From contig NW_027362762.1 of NCBI RefSeq assembly GCF_046119375.1, positions 90,768,001-90,832,000 on the forward strand: a stretch of 64,000 bases of DNA. Direction: 5' to 3'. The position numbers and the translations under genes were made by a program. This document shows, in pieces, positions 45,721 to 57,700 of this stretch (positions are counted from its first letter, which is position 1; each line of letters opens with the position of its first letter). The stretch is from Phyllobates terribilis. Its lineage: Eukaryota. The notes under the pieces are model-generated. The model searched no databases, was not told where the DNA came from, and worked only from the letters and a program-made list of their open reading frames with translations.

Positions 45721-48700
45721 AGCCCGCTCCTCGGTCCTCTCCAGCAGCCCGCTCCTCGGTCCTCTCAAGCAGCCCGCTCCTCGGTCCTCTCAAGCAGCCC
45801 GCTCTTCGGTCCTCTCAAGCAGCCCGCTCTTCGGTCCTCTCAAGCAGCCCGCTCTTCGGTCCTCTCAAGCAGCCCGCTCTTCGGTCCTCTCAAGCAGCCC
45901 GCTCCTCGGTCCTCTCAAGCAGCCCGCTCCTCGGTCCTCTCAAGCAGCCCGCTCCTCGGTCCTCTCAAGCAGCCCGCTCTTCGGTCCTCTCAAGCAGCCC
46001 GCTTCTCGGTCCTCTCAAGCAGCCCGCTCCTCGGTCCTCTCCAGGAGCCCGCTCCTCGGTCCTCTCCAGGAGCCCGCTCCTCGGTCCTCTCCAGGAGCCC
46101 TCTCCTCTGTCCTCTCCAGCAGCCCTCTCCTCTGTCCTCACCAGCAGCCCTCTCCTCTGTCCTCACCAGCAGCCCTCTCCTCTGTCCTCACCAGCAGCCC
46201 TCTCCTCGGTCCTCACCAGCAGCCCTCTCCTCGGTCCTCTCCAGCAGCCCTCTCCTCGGTCCACTCCAGCAGCCCTCTCCTCTGTCCTCACCAGCAGCCC
46301 TCTCCTCTGTCCTCACCATCAGCCCTCTCCTCTGTCCTCACCATCAGCCCTCTCCTCTGTCCTCTCCAGCAGCCCTCTCCTCGGTCCTCTCCAGCAGCCC
46401 GCTCCTCGGTCCTCTCCAGCAGCCCTCTCCTCAGTCCTCACCAGCAGCCCTCTCCTCGGTCCTCTCCAGGAGCCCGCTCCTCGGTCCTCTCCAGGAGCCC
46501 TCTCCTCTGTCCTCTCCAGCAGCCCTCTCCTCTGTCCTCTCCAGCAGCCCTCTCCTCTGTCCTCACCATCAGCCCTCTCCTCTGTCCTCACCAGCAGCCC
46601 TCTCCTCTGTCCTCTCCAGCAGCCCGCTCCTCGGTCCTCTCCAGCAGCCCTCTCCTCGGTCCTCTCCAGCAGCCCTCTCCTCGGTCCTCTCCAGCAGCCC
46701 GCTCCTCGGTCCTCTCCAGCAGCCCGCTCCTCGGTCCTCTCCTCAGCCCTCTCCTCGGTCCTCTCCAGCAGCCCTCTCCTCGGTCCTCTCCAGCAGCCCT
46801 CTCCTCGGTCCTCTCCAGCAGCCCTCTCCTCGGTCCTCTCCAGGAGCCTTCTCCTCGGTCCTCTCCAGGAGCCTTCTCCTCGGTCCTCTCCACTCCAGGA
46901 GCCCTCTCCTCTGTCCTCTCCAGCAGCCCTCTCCTCGGTCCCCTCCAGGAGCCCGCTCCTCGGTCCTCTCCAGCAGCCCTCTCCTCGGTCCTCTCCAGCA
47001 GCCAGCTCCTCTCCAGCAGCCCTCTCCTCGGTCCCCTCCAGCAGCCCTCTCCTCGGTCCCCTCCAGGAGCCCTCTCCTCGGTCCCCTCCAGGAGCCCTCT
47101 CCAGCAGTCCTCTCCAGGAGCCCTCTCCTCGGTCCCCTCCAGGAGCCCTCTCCTCGGTCCCCTCCAGGAGCCCTCTCCTCGGTCCTCTCCACTCCAGGAG
47201 CCCTCTCCTCGGTCCCCTCCAGGAGCCCTCTGTTCGGTTCCCTCCAGGAGCCCTCTCCTCGGTCCCCTCCAGGAGCCCTCTCCTCGGTACTCTCCAGCAG
47301 CCCTCTCCTCGGTCCTCTCCAGGAACCCTCTCCTCGGTTCTCTCCACTCCAGGAGCCTTCTCCTCTGTCCTCTCCAGGAGCCCTCTCCTCGGTCCACTCC
47401 AGGAGCCCTCTCCTCGGTCCCCTCCAGCAGCCCGCTCCTCGGTCCCCTCCAGCAGCCCTCTCCTCGGTCCTCTCCAGCAGCCCTCTCCTCGGTCCTCTCC
47501 AGCAGCCCTCTCCTCGGTCCTCTCCAGCAGCCCTCTCCTCGGTCCTCTCCAGCAGCCCTCTCCTCGGTCCTCTCCAGCAGCCCTCTCCTCGGTCCTCTCC
47601 AGGAGCCCTCTCCTCGGTCCTCTCCAGCAGCCCTCTCCTCGGTCCCCTCCAGGAGCCCTCTCCTCGGTCCTCTCCAGGAGCCCTCTCCTCGGTCCTCTCC
47701 AGGAGCCCTCTCCTCGGTCCTCTCCAGGAGCCCTCTCCAGGAACCATCTCCTCGGTTCTCTCCACTCCAGGAGCCCTCTCCTCTGTCCTCTCCAGGAGCT
47801 CTCTCCTCGGTCCCCTCCAGGAGCCCTCTCCTCGGTCCCCTCCAGGAGCCCTCTCCTCGGTCCCCTCCAGGAGCCCTCTCCTCGGTCCCCTCCAGCAGCC
47901 CGCTCCTCGGTCCCCTCCAGCAGCCCTCTCCTCGGTCCTCTCCAGCAGCCCTCTCCTCGGTCCTCTCCAGCAGCCCTCTCCTCGGTCCTCTCCAGCAGCC
48001 CTCTCCTCGGTCCTCTCCAGGAGCCCTCTCCTCGGTCCTCTCCAGCAGCCCTCTCCTCGGTCCCCTCCAGGAACCCTCTCCTCGATCCTCTCCAGGAGCC
48101 CTCTCCTCGGTCCTCTCCAGGAGCCCTCTCCTCGGTCCTCTCCAGGAGCCCTCTCCAGGAGCCCTCTCCTCGGTCCTCTCCAGGAGCCCTCTCCTCGGTC
48201 CTCTCCAGGAGCCCTCTCCTCGGTCCTCTCCACTCCAGAAGCCCTCTCCTCTGTCCTCTCCAGCAGCCCTCTCCTCGGTCCCCTCCAGGAGCCCGCTCCT
48301 CTCCAGCAGCCCGCTCCTCGGTCCTCTTCAGGAGCCCTCTCCTCGGTCCTCTCCACTCCAGGAGCCCTCTCCTCGGTCCTCTCCTGCAGCCCTCTGTTCT
48401 GTTCTCTCCAGCAGCCCTCTCCTCGGTCCTCTCCAGCAGCCCTCTCCTCGGTCCTCTCCAGCAGCCCTCTCCTCGGTCCTCTCCAGGAACCCTCTCCTCG
48501 GTTCTCTCCACTCCAGGAGCCCTCTCCTCTGTCCTCTCCAGGAGCCCTCTCCTCGGTCCACTCCAGGAGCCCTCTCCTCGGTCCCCTCCAGCAGCCCGCT
48601 CCTCGGTCCCCTCCAGCAGCCCTCTCCTCGGTCCTCTCCAGCAGCCCTCTCCTCGGTCCTCTCCTCGGTCCTCTCCAGCAGCCCTCTCCTCGGTCCTCTC

Positions 48701-51700
48701 CAGCAGCCCTCTCCTCGGTCCTCTCCAGCAGCCCTCTCCTCGGTCCTCTCCAGCAGCCCTCTCCTCGGTCCTCTCCAGGAGCCCTCTCCTCGGTCCTCTC
48801 CAGCAGCCCTCTCCTCGGTCCCCTCCAGGAGCCCTCTCCTCGGTCCTCTCCAGGAGCCCTCTCCTCGGTCCTCTCCAGGAGCCCTCTCCTCGGTCCTCTC
48901 CAGGAGCCCTCTCCAGGAACCATCTCCTCGGTTCTCTCCACTCCAGGAGCCCTCTCCTCTGTCCTCTCCAGGAGCTCTCTCCTCGGTCCCCTCCAGGAGC
49001 CCTCTCCTCGGTCCCCTCCAGGAGACCTCTCCTCGGTCCCCTCCAGGAGCCCTCTCCTCGGTCCCCTCCAGCAGCCCGCTCCTCGGTCCCCTCCAGCAGC
49101 CCTCTCCTCGGTCCTCTCCAGCAGCCCTCTCCTCGGTCCTCTCCAGCAGCCCTCTCCTCGGTCCTCTCCAGGAGCCCTCTCCTCGGTCCTCTCCAGCAGC
49201 CCTCTCCTCGGTCCCCTCCAGGAACCCTCTCCTCGGTCCTCTCCAGGAGCCCTCTCCTCGGTCCTCTCCAGGAGCCCTCTCCAGGAGCCCTCTCCTCGGT
49301 CCTCTCCAGGAGCCCTCTCCTCGGTCCTCTCCAGGAGCCCTCTCCTCGGTCCTCTCCACTCCAGGAGCCCTCTCCTCTGTCCTCTCCAGCAGCCCTCTCC
49401 TCGGTCCCCTCCAGGAGCCCGCTCCTCTCCAGCAGCCCGCTCCTCGGTCCTCTTCAGGAGCCCTCTCCTCGGTCCTCTCCACTCCAGGAGCCCTCTCCTC
49501 GGTCCTCTCCTGCAGCCCTCTGTTCTGTTCTCTCCAGCAGCCCTCTCCTCGGTCCTCTCCAGCAGCCCTCTCCTCGGTCCCCTCCAGGAGCCCTCTCCTC
49601 GGTCCCCTCCAGGAGCCCTCTCCTCGGTCCCCTCCAGGAGCCCTTTCCTCGGTCCCCTCCAGGATCCCTCTCCTCGGTCCCCTCCAGCAGCCCTCTCCTC
49701 GGTCCCCTCCAGCAGCCCTCTCCTCGGTCCTCTCCAGCAGCCCTCTTCTCGGTCCCCTCCAGGAGCCCTCTCCTCGGTTCTCTCCAGCAGCCCTCTCCTC
49801 GGTTCTCTCCAGCAGCCCTCTCCTCGGTCCCCTCCAGGAGCCCTCTCCTCGGTCCCCTCCAGGAGCCCTCTACTCGGTCCTCTCCAGGAGCCCTCTCCTC
49901 GGTCCTCTCCACTCCAGGAGCCCTCTCCTCGGTCCCCTCCAGGAGCCCTCTCCTCGGTCCCCTCCAGCAGCCCACTCCCCTCGGTCCCCTCCAGCTGCCC
50001 ACTCCCCTCGGTCCTCTCCAGCAGCCCTCTCCTCGGTCCCCTCCAGGAACCCTCTCCTCGGTCCTCTCCAGCAGCCCTCTCCTCGGTCCTCTCCAGCAGC
50101 CCTCTCCTCGGTCCTCTCCAGCAGCCCTCTCCTCGGTCCTCTCCAGCAGCCCTCTCCTCGGTCCTCTCCACGAGCCCTCTCCTCGGTCCTCTCCACGAGC
50201 CCTCTCCTCGGTCCTCTCCACGAGCCCTCTCTTCAGTTCTCTCCAGCAGCCCGCTCCTCGGTCCTCTCCTGCAGCCCTCTGTTCTGTTCTCTCCAGCAGC
50301 CCTCTCCTCGGTCCTCTCCAGCAGCCCTCTCCTCGGTCCCCTCCAGGAGCCCTCTCCTCGGTCCCCTCCAGGAGCCCTCTCCTCGGTCCCCTCCAGGAGC
50401 CCTTTCCTCGGTCCCCTCCAGGAGCCCTTTCCTCGGTCCCCTCCAGCAGCCCTCTCCTCGGTCCCCTCCAGCAGCCCTCTCCTCGGTCCTCTCCAGCAGC
50501 CCTCTTCTCGGTCCCCTCCAGGAGCCCTCTCCTCGGTTCTCTCCAGCAGCCCTCTCCTCGGTTCTCTCCAGCAGCCCTCTCCTCGGTCCCCTCCAGGAGC
50601 CCTCTCCTCGGTCCCCTCCAGGAGCCCTCTCCTCGGTCCCCTCCAGGAGCCCTCTCCTCGGTCCCCTCCAGGAGCCCTCTACTCGGTCCTCTCCAGGAGC
50701 CCTCTCCTCGGTCCTCTCCACTCCAGGAGCCCTCTCCTCGGTCCCCTCCAGGAGCTCTCTCCTCGGTCCCCTCCAGGAGCCCTCTCCTCGGTCCCCTCCA
50801 GGAGCCCTCTCCTCGGTCCTCTCCAGCAGCCCTCTCCTCGGTCCCCTCCAGCAGCCCTCTCCTCGGTCCCCTCCAGCAGCCCTCTCCTCGGTCCCCTCCA
50901 GAAGCCCACTCCCCTCGGTCCTCTCCAGCAGCCCACTCCCCTCGGTCCACACCAGCAGCCCACTCCGGCAGCCCTGTCCTCGGTCCTCTCCAGGAGCCCT
51001 CTCCTCGGTCCTCTCCAGGAGCCCTCTCCTCGGTCCTCTCCAGGAACCCTCTCCTCGGTCCTCTCCATGAGCCCTCTCCTCGGTCCTCTCCACGAGCCCT
51101 CTCCTCGGTCCTCTCCACGAGCCCTCTCCTCGGTCCTCTCCACGAGCCCTCTCTTCAGTTCTCTCCAGCAGCCCGCTCCTCGGTCCTCTCCTGCAGCCCT
51201 CTGTTCTGTTCTCTCCAGCAGCCCTCTCCTCGGTCCTCTCCAGCAGCCCTCTCCTCGGTCCCCTCCAGGAGCCCTCTCCTCGGTCCCCTCCAGGAGCCCT
51301 CTGCTCGGTCCCCTCCAGGAGCCCTTTCCTCGGTCCCCTCCAGGAGCCCTCTCCTCGGTCCCCTCCAGGAGCCCTCTCCTCGGTCCCCTCCAGCAGCCCT
51401 CTCCTCGGTCCCCTCCAGCAGCCCTCTCCTCGGTCCTCTCCAGCAGCCCTCTTCTCGGTCCCCTCCAGGAGCCCTCTCCTCGGTTCTCTCCAGCAGCCCT
51501 CTCCTCGGTTCTCTCCAGCAGCCCTCTCCTCGGTCCCCTCCAGGAGCCCTCTCCTCGGTCCCCTCCAGGAGCCCTCTCCTCGGTCCTCTCCAGGAGCCCT
51601 CTCCTCGGTCCTCTCCACTCCAGGAGCCCTCTCCTCGGTCCCCTCCAGGAGCCCTCTCCTCGGTCCCCTCCAGGAGCCCTCTCCTCGGTCCTCTAAAGCA

Positions 51701-54700
51701 GCCCTCTCCTCGGTCCCCTCCAGCAGCCCTCTCCTCGGTCCCCACCAGCAGCCCTCTCCTCGGTCCCCTCCAGCAGCCCACTCCCCTCGGTCCTCTCCAG
51801 CAGTCCACTCCCCTCGGTCCTCTCCAGCAGCCCACTCCCCTCGGTCCTCACCAGGAGCCCACTCCGGCAGCCCTGTCCTCGGTCCTCTCCAGGAGCCCTC
51901 TCCTCGGTCCTCTCCAGGAGCCCTCTCCTCGGTCCTCTCCAGGAACCCTCTCCTCGGTCCTCTCCATGAGCCCTCTCCTCGGTCCTCTCCACTCCATGAG
52001 CCCTCTCCTCGGTCCTCTCCAGGAGCCCTCTCCTCGGTCCCCTCCAGGAGCCCTCTCCTCGGTCCTCTCCAGGAGCCCTCTCCTCGGTCCCCTCCAGCAG
52101 CCCACTCCCCTCGGTCCCCTCCAGCAGCCCACTCCCCTCGGTCCTCTCCAGCAGCCCTCTCCTCGGTCCCCTCCAGGAACCCTCTCCTCGGTCCTCTCCA
52201 GCAGCCCTCTCCTCGGTCCTCTCCAGCAGCCCTCTCCTCGGTCCTCTCCACGAGCCCTCTCCTCGGTCCTCTCCTCGGTCCTCTCCACGAGCCCTCTCCT
52301 CGGTCCTCTCCATGAGCCCTCTCCTCGGTCCTCTCCACGAGCCCTCTCTTCAGTTCTCTCCAACAGCCCGCTCCTCGGTCCTCTCCTGCAGCCCTCTGTT
52401 CTGTTCTCTCCAGCAGCCCTCTCCTCGGTCCTCTCCAGCAGCCCTCTCCTCGGTCCCCTCCAGGAGCCCTCTCCTCGGTCCCCTCCAGGAGCCCTCTCCT
52501 CGGTCCCCTCCAGGAGCCCTTTCCTCGGTCCCCTCCAGGAGCCCTCTCCTCGGTCCCCTCCAGCAGCCCTCTCCTCGGTCCCCTCCAGCAGCCCTCTCCT
52601 CGGTCCTCTCCAGCAGCCCTCTTCTCGGTCCCCTCCAGGAGCCCTCTCCTCGGTTCTCTCCAGCAGCCCTCTCCTCGGTTCTCTCCAGCAGCCCTCTCCT
52701 CGGTCCCCTCCAGGAGCCCTCTCCTCGGTCCCCTCCAGGAGCCCTCTCCTCGGTCCCCTCCAGGAGCCCTCTACTCGGTCCTCTCCAGGAGCCCTCTCCT
52801 CGGTCCTCTCCAGGAGCCCTCTCCTCGGTCCCCTCCAGGAGCCCTCTCCTCGGTCCCCTCCAGGAGCCCTCTCCTCGGTCCTCTCCAGCAGCCCTCTCCT
52901 CGGTCCCCTCCAGCAGCCCTCTCCTCGGTCCCCTCCAGCAGCCCTCTCCTCGGTCCCCTCCAGCAGCCCACTCCCCTCGGTCCTCTCCAGCAGTCCACTC
53001 CCCTCGGTCCTCTCCAGCAGCCCACTCCCCTCGGTCCTCACCAGCAGCCCACTCCGGCAGCCCTGTCCTCGGTCCTCTCCAGGAGCCCTCTCCTCGGTCC
53101 TCTCCAGGAGCCCTCTCCTCGGTCCTCTCCAGGAACCCTCTCCTCGGTCCTCTCCAGGAGCCCTCTCCTCGGTCCTCTCCACTCCATGAGCCCTCTCCTC
53201 GGTCCTCTCCAGGAGCCCTCTCCTCGGTCCCCTCCAGGAGCCCTCTCCTCGGTCCCCTCCAGCAGCCCACTCCCCTCGGTCCCCTCCAGCAGCCCACTCC
53301 CCTCCAGCAGCCCACTCCCCTCGGTCCTCTCCAGCAGCCCTCTCCTCGGTCCCCTCCAGGAACCCTCTCCTCGGTCCTCTCCAGCAGCCCTCTCCTCGGT
53401 CCTCTCCAGCAGCCCTCTCCTCGGTCCTCTCCACGAGCCCTCTCCTCGGTCCTCTCCACGAGCCCTCTCCTCGGTCCTCTCCACGAGCCCTCTCCTCGGT
53501 CCTCTCCACGAGCCCTCTCTTCAGTTCTCTCCAGCAGCCCGCTCCTCGGTCCTCTCCTGCAGCCCTCTGTTCTGTTCTCTCCAGCAGCCCTCTGTTCGGT
53601 CCTCTCCACGAGCCCTCTCCTCGGTCCTCTCCAGCAGCCCTCTCCTCGGTACTCTCCATGAGCCCTCTCTTCAGTTCTCTCCATGAGCCCTCTCTTCAGT
53701 TCTCTCCAGCAGCCCTCTCCTCGGTCCTCTCCAGCAGCCCTCTCCTCGGTCCTCTCCTGCAGCCCTCTCCTCGGCCCTCTCCTGCAGCCCTCTCCTCTGT
53801 CCTCTCCAGGAGCTCTCTCCTCGGTCCCCTCCAGGAGCCCTCTCCTCGGTCCCCTCCAGGAGACCTCTCCTCGGTCCCCTCCAGGAGCCCTCTCCTCGGT
53901 CCCCTCCAGCAGCCCGCTCCTCGGTCCCCTCCAGCAGCCCTCTCCTCGGTCCTCTCCAGCAGCCCTCTCCTCGGTCCTCTCCAGCAGCCCTCTCCTCGGT
54001 CCTCTCCAGCAGCCCTCTCCTCGGTCCTCTCCAGGAGCCCTCTCCTCGGTCCTCTCCAGCAGCCCTCTCCTCGGTCCCCTCCAGGAACCCTCTCCTCGGT
54101 CCTCTCCAGGAGCCCTCTCCTCGGTCCTCTCCAGGAGCCCTCTCCTCGGTCCTCTCCAGGAGCCCTCTCCAGGAGCCCTCTCCTCGGTCCTCTCCAGGAG
54201 CCCTCTCCTCGGTCCTCTCCAGGAGCCCTCTCCTCGGTCCTCTCCAGGAGCCCTCTCCTCGGTCCTCTCCACTCCAGGAGCCATCTCCTCTGTCCTCTCC
54301 AGCAGCCCTCTCCTCGGTCCCCTCCAGGAGCCCGCTCCTCTCCAGCAGCCCGCTCCTCGGTCCTCTTCAGGAGCCCTCTCCTCGGTCCTCTCCACTCCAG
54401 GAGCCCTCTCCTCGGTCTTCTCCTGCAGTCCTCTGTTCTGTTCTCTCCAGCAGCCCTCTCCTCGGTCCTCTCCAGCAGCCCTATCCTCGGTCCCCTCCAG
54501 GAGCCCTCTCCTCGGTCCCCTCCAGGAGCCCTCTCCTCGGTCCCCTCCAGGAGCCCTTTCCTCGGTCCCCTCCAGGATCCCTCTCCTCGGTCCCCTCCAG
54601 CAGCCCTCTCCTCGGTCCCCTCCAGCAGCCCTCTCCTCGGTCCTCTCCAGCAGCCCTCTTCTCGGTCCCCTCCAGGAGCCCTCTCCTCGGTTCTCTCCAG

Positions 54701-57700
54701 CAGCCCTCTCCTCGGTTCTCTCCAGCAGCCCTCTCCTCGGTCCCCTCCAGGAGCCCTCTCCTCGGTCCCCTCCAGGAGCCCTCTCCTCGGTCCCCTCCAG
54801 GAGCCCTCTACTCGGTCCTCTCCAGGAGCCCTCTCCTCGGTCCTCTCCACTCCAGGAGCCCTCTCCTCGGTCCCCTCCAGGAGCCCTCTCCTCGGTCCCC
54901 TCCAGCAGCCCACTCCCCTCGGTCCCCTCCAGCTGCCCACTCCCCTCGGTCCTCTCCAGCAGCCCTCTCCTCGGTCCCCTCCAGGAACCCTCTCCTCGGT
55001 CCTCTCCAGCAGCCCTCTCCTCGGTCCTCTCCAGCAGCCCTCTCCTCGGTCCTCTCCAGCAGCCCTCTCCTCGGTCCTCTCCACGAGCCCTCTCCTCGGT
55101 CCTCTCCACGAGCCCTCTCCTCGGTCCTCTCCACGAGCCCTCTCTTCAGTTCTCTCCAGCAGCCCGCTCCTCGGTCCTCTCCTGCAGCCCTCTGTTCTGT
55201 TCTCTCCAGCAGCCCTCTCCTCGGTCCTCTCCAGCAGCCCTCTCCTCGGTCCCCTCCAGGAGCCCTCTCCTCGGTCCCCTCCAGGAGCCCTCTCCTCGGT
55301 CCCCTCCAGGAGCCCTTTCCTCGGTCCCCTCCAGGAGCCCTCTCCTCGGTCCCCTCCAGCAGCCCTCTCCTCGGTCCCCTCCAGCAGCCCTCTCCTCGGT
55401 CCTCTCCAGCAGCCCTCTTCTCGGTCCCCTCCAGGAGCCCTCTCCTCGGTTCTCTCCAGCAGCCCTCTCCTCGGTTCTCTCCAGCAGCCCTCTCCTCGGT
55501 TCTCTCCAGCAGCCCTCTCCTCGGTCCCTTCCAGGAGCCCTCTCCTCGGTCCCCTCCAGGAGCCCTCTCCTCGGTCCCCTCCAGGAGCCCTCTCCTCGGT
55601 CCCCTCCAGGAGCCCTCTACTCGGTCCTCTCCAGGAGCCCTCTCCTCGGTCCTCTCCACTCCAGGAGCCCTCTCCTCGGTCCCCTCCAGGAGCTCTCTCC
55701 TCGGTCCCCTCCAGGAGCCCTCTCCTCGGTCCCCTCCAGGAGCCCTCTCCTCGGTCCTCTCCAGCAGCCCTCTCCTCGGTCCCCTCCAGCAGCCCTCTCC
55801 TCGGTCCCCTCCAGCAGCCCTCTCCTCGGTCCCCTCCAGCAGCCCACTCCCCTCGGTCCTCTCCAGCAGCCCACTCCCCTCGGTCCACACCAGCAGCCCA
55901 CTCCGGCAGCCCTGTCCTCGGTCCTCTCCAGGAGCCCTCTCCTCGGTCCTCTCCAGGAGCCCTCTCCTTGGTCCTCTCCAGGAACCCTCTCCTCGGTCCT
56001 CTCCATGAGCCCTCTCCTCGGTCCTCTCCACGAGCCCTCTCCTCGAGCCCTCTCCTCGGTCCTCTCCACGAGCCCTCTCTTCAGTTCTCTCCAGCAGCAC
56101 GCTCCTCGGTCCTCTCCTGCAGCCCTCTGTTCTGTTCTCTCCAGCAGCCCTCTCCTCGGTCCTCTCGAGCAGCCCTCTCCTCGGTCCCCTCCAGGAGCCC
56201 TCTCCTCGGTCCCCTCCAGGAGCCCTCTCCTCGGTCCCCTCCAGGAGCCCTTTCCTCGGTCCCCTCCAGGAGCCCTCTCCTCGGTCCCCTCCAGCAGCCC
56301 TCTCCTCGGTCCCCTCCAGCAGCCCTCTCCTCGGTCCTCTCCAGCAGCCCTCTTCTCGGTCCCCTCCAGGAGCCCTCTCCTCGGTTCTCTCCAGCAGCCC
56401 TCTCCTCGGTTCTCTCCAGCAGCCCTCTCCTCGGTCCCCTCCAGGAGCCCTCTCCTCGGTCCCCTCCAGGAGCCCTCTCCTCGGTCCCCTCCAGGAGCCC
56501 TCTCCTCGGTCCTCTCCAGGAGCCCTCTCCTCGGTCCTCTCCACTCCAGGAGCCCTCTCCTCGGTCCCCTCCAGGAGCCCTCTCCTCGGTCCCCTCCAGG
56601 AGCCCTCTCCTCGGTCCTCTAAAGCAGCCCTCTCCTCGGTCCCCTCCAGCAGCCCTCTCCTCGGTCCCCTCCAGCAGCCCTCTCCTCGGTCCCCTCCAGC
56701 AGCCCACTCCCCTCGGTCCTCTCCAGCAGTCCACTCCCCTCGGTCCTCTCCAGCAGCCCACTCCCCTCGGTCCTCACCAGCAGCCCACTCCGGCAGCCCT
56801 GTCCTCGGTCCTCTCCAGGAGCCCTCTCCTCGGTCCTCTCCAGGAGCCCTCTCCTCGGTCCTCTCCAGGAACCCTCTCCTCGGTCCTCTCCATGAGCCCT
56901 CTCCTCGGTCCTCTCCAGGAGCCCTCTCCTCGGTCCCCTCCAGGAGCCCTCTCCTCGGTCCCCTCCAGGAGCCCTCTCCTCGGTCCCCTCCAGGAGCCCT
57001 CTCCTCGGTCCCCTCCAGGAGCCCTCTCCTCGGTCCCCTCCAGCAGCCCACTCCCTTCGATCCCCTCCAGCAGCCCACTCCCCTCGGTCCTCTCCAGCAG
57101 CCCTCTCCTCGGTCCCCTCCAGGAACCCTCTCCTCGGTCCTCTCCAGCAGCCCTCTCCTCGGTCCTCTCCAGCAGCCCTCTCCTCGGTCCTCTCCATGAG
57201 CCCTCTCCTCGGTCCTCTCCACGAGCCCTCTCCTCGGTCCTCTCCACGAGCCCTCTCCTCGGTCCTCTCCACGAGCCCTCTCCTCGGTCCTCTCCACGAG
57301 CCCTCTCTTCAGTTCTCTCCAACAGCCCGCTCCTCGGTCCTCTCCTGCAGCCCTCTGTTCTGTTCTCTCCAGCAGCCCTCTCCTCGGTCCTCTCCAGCAG
57401 CCCTCTCCTTGGTCCCCTCCAGGAGCCCTCTCCTCGGTCCCCTCCAGGAGCCCTCTCCTCGGTCCCCTCCAGGAGCCCTTTCCTCGGTCCCCTCCAGGAG
57501 CCCTCTCCTCGGTCCCCTCCAGCAGCCCTCTCCTCAGTCCCCTCCAGCAGCCCTCTCCTCGGTCCTCTCCAGCAGCCCTCTTCTCGGTCCCCTCCAGGAG
57601 CCCTCTCCTCGGTTCTCTCCAGCAGCCCTCTCCTCGGTTCTCTCCAGCAGCCCTCTCCTCGGTCCCCTCCAGGAGCCCTCTCCTCGGTCCCCTCCAGGAG

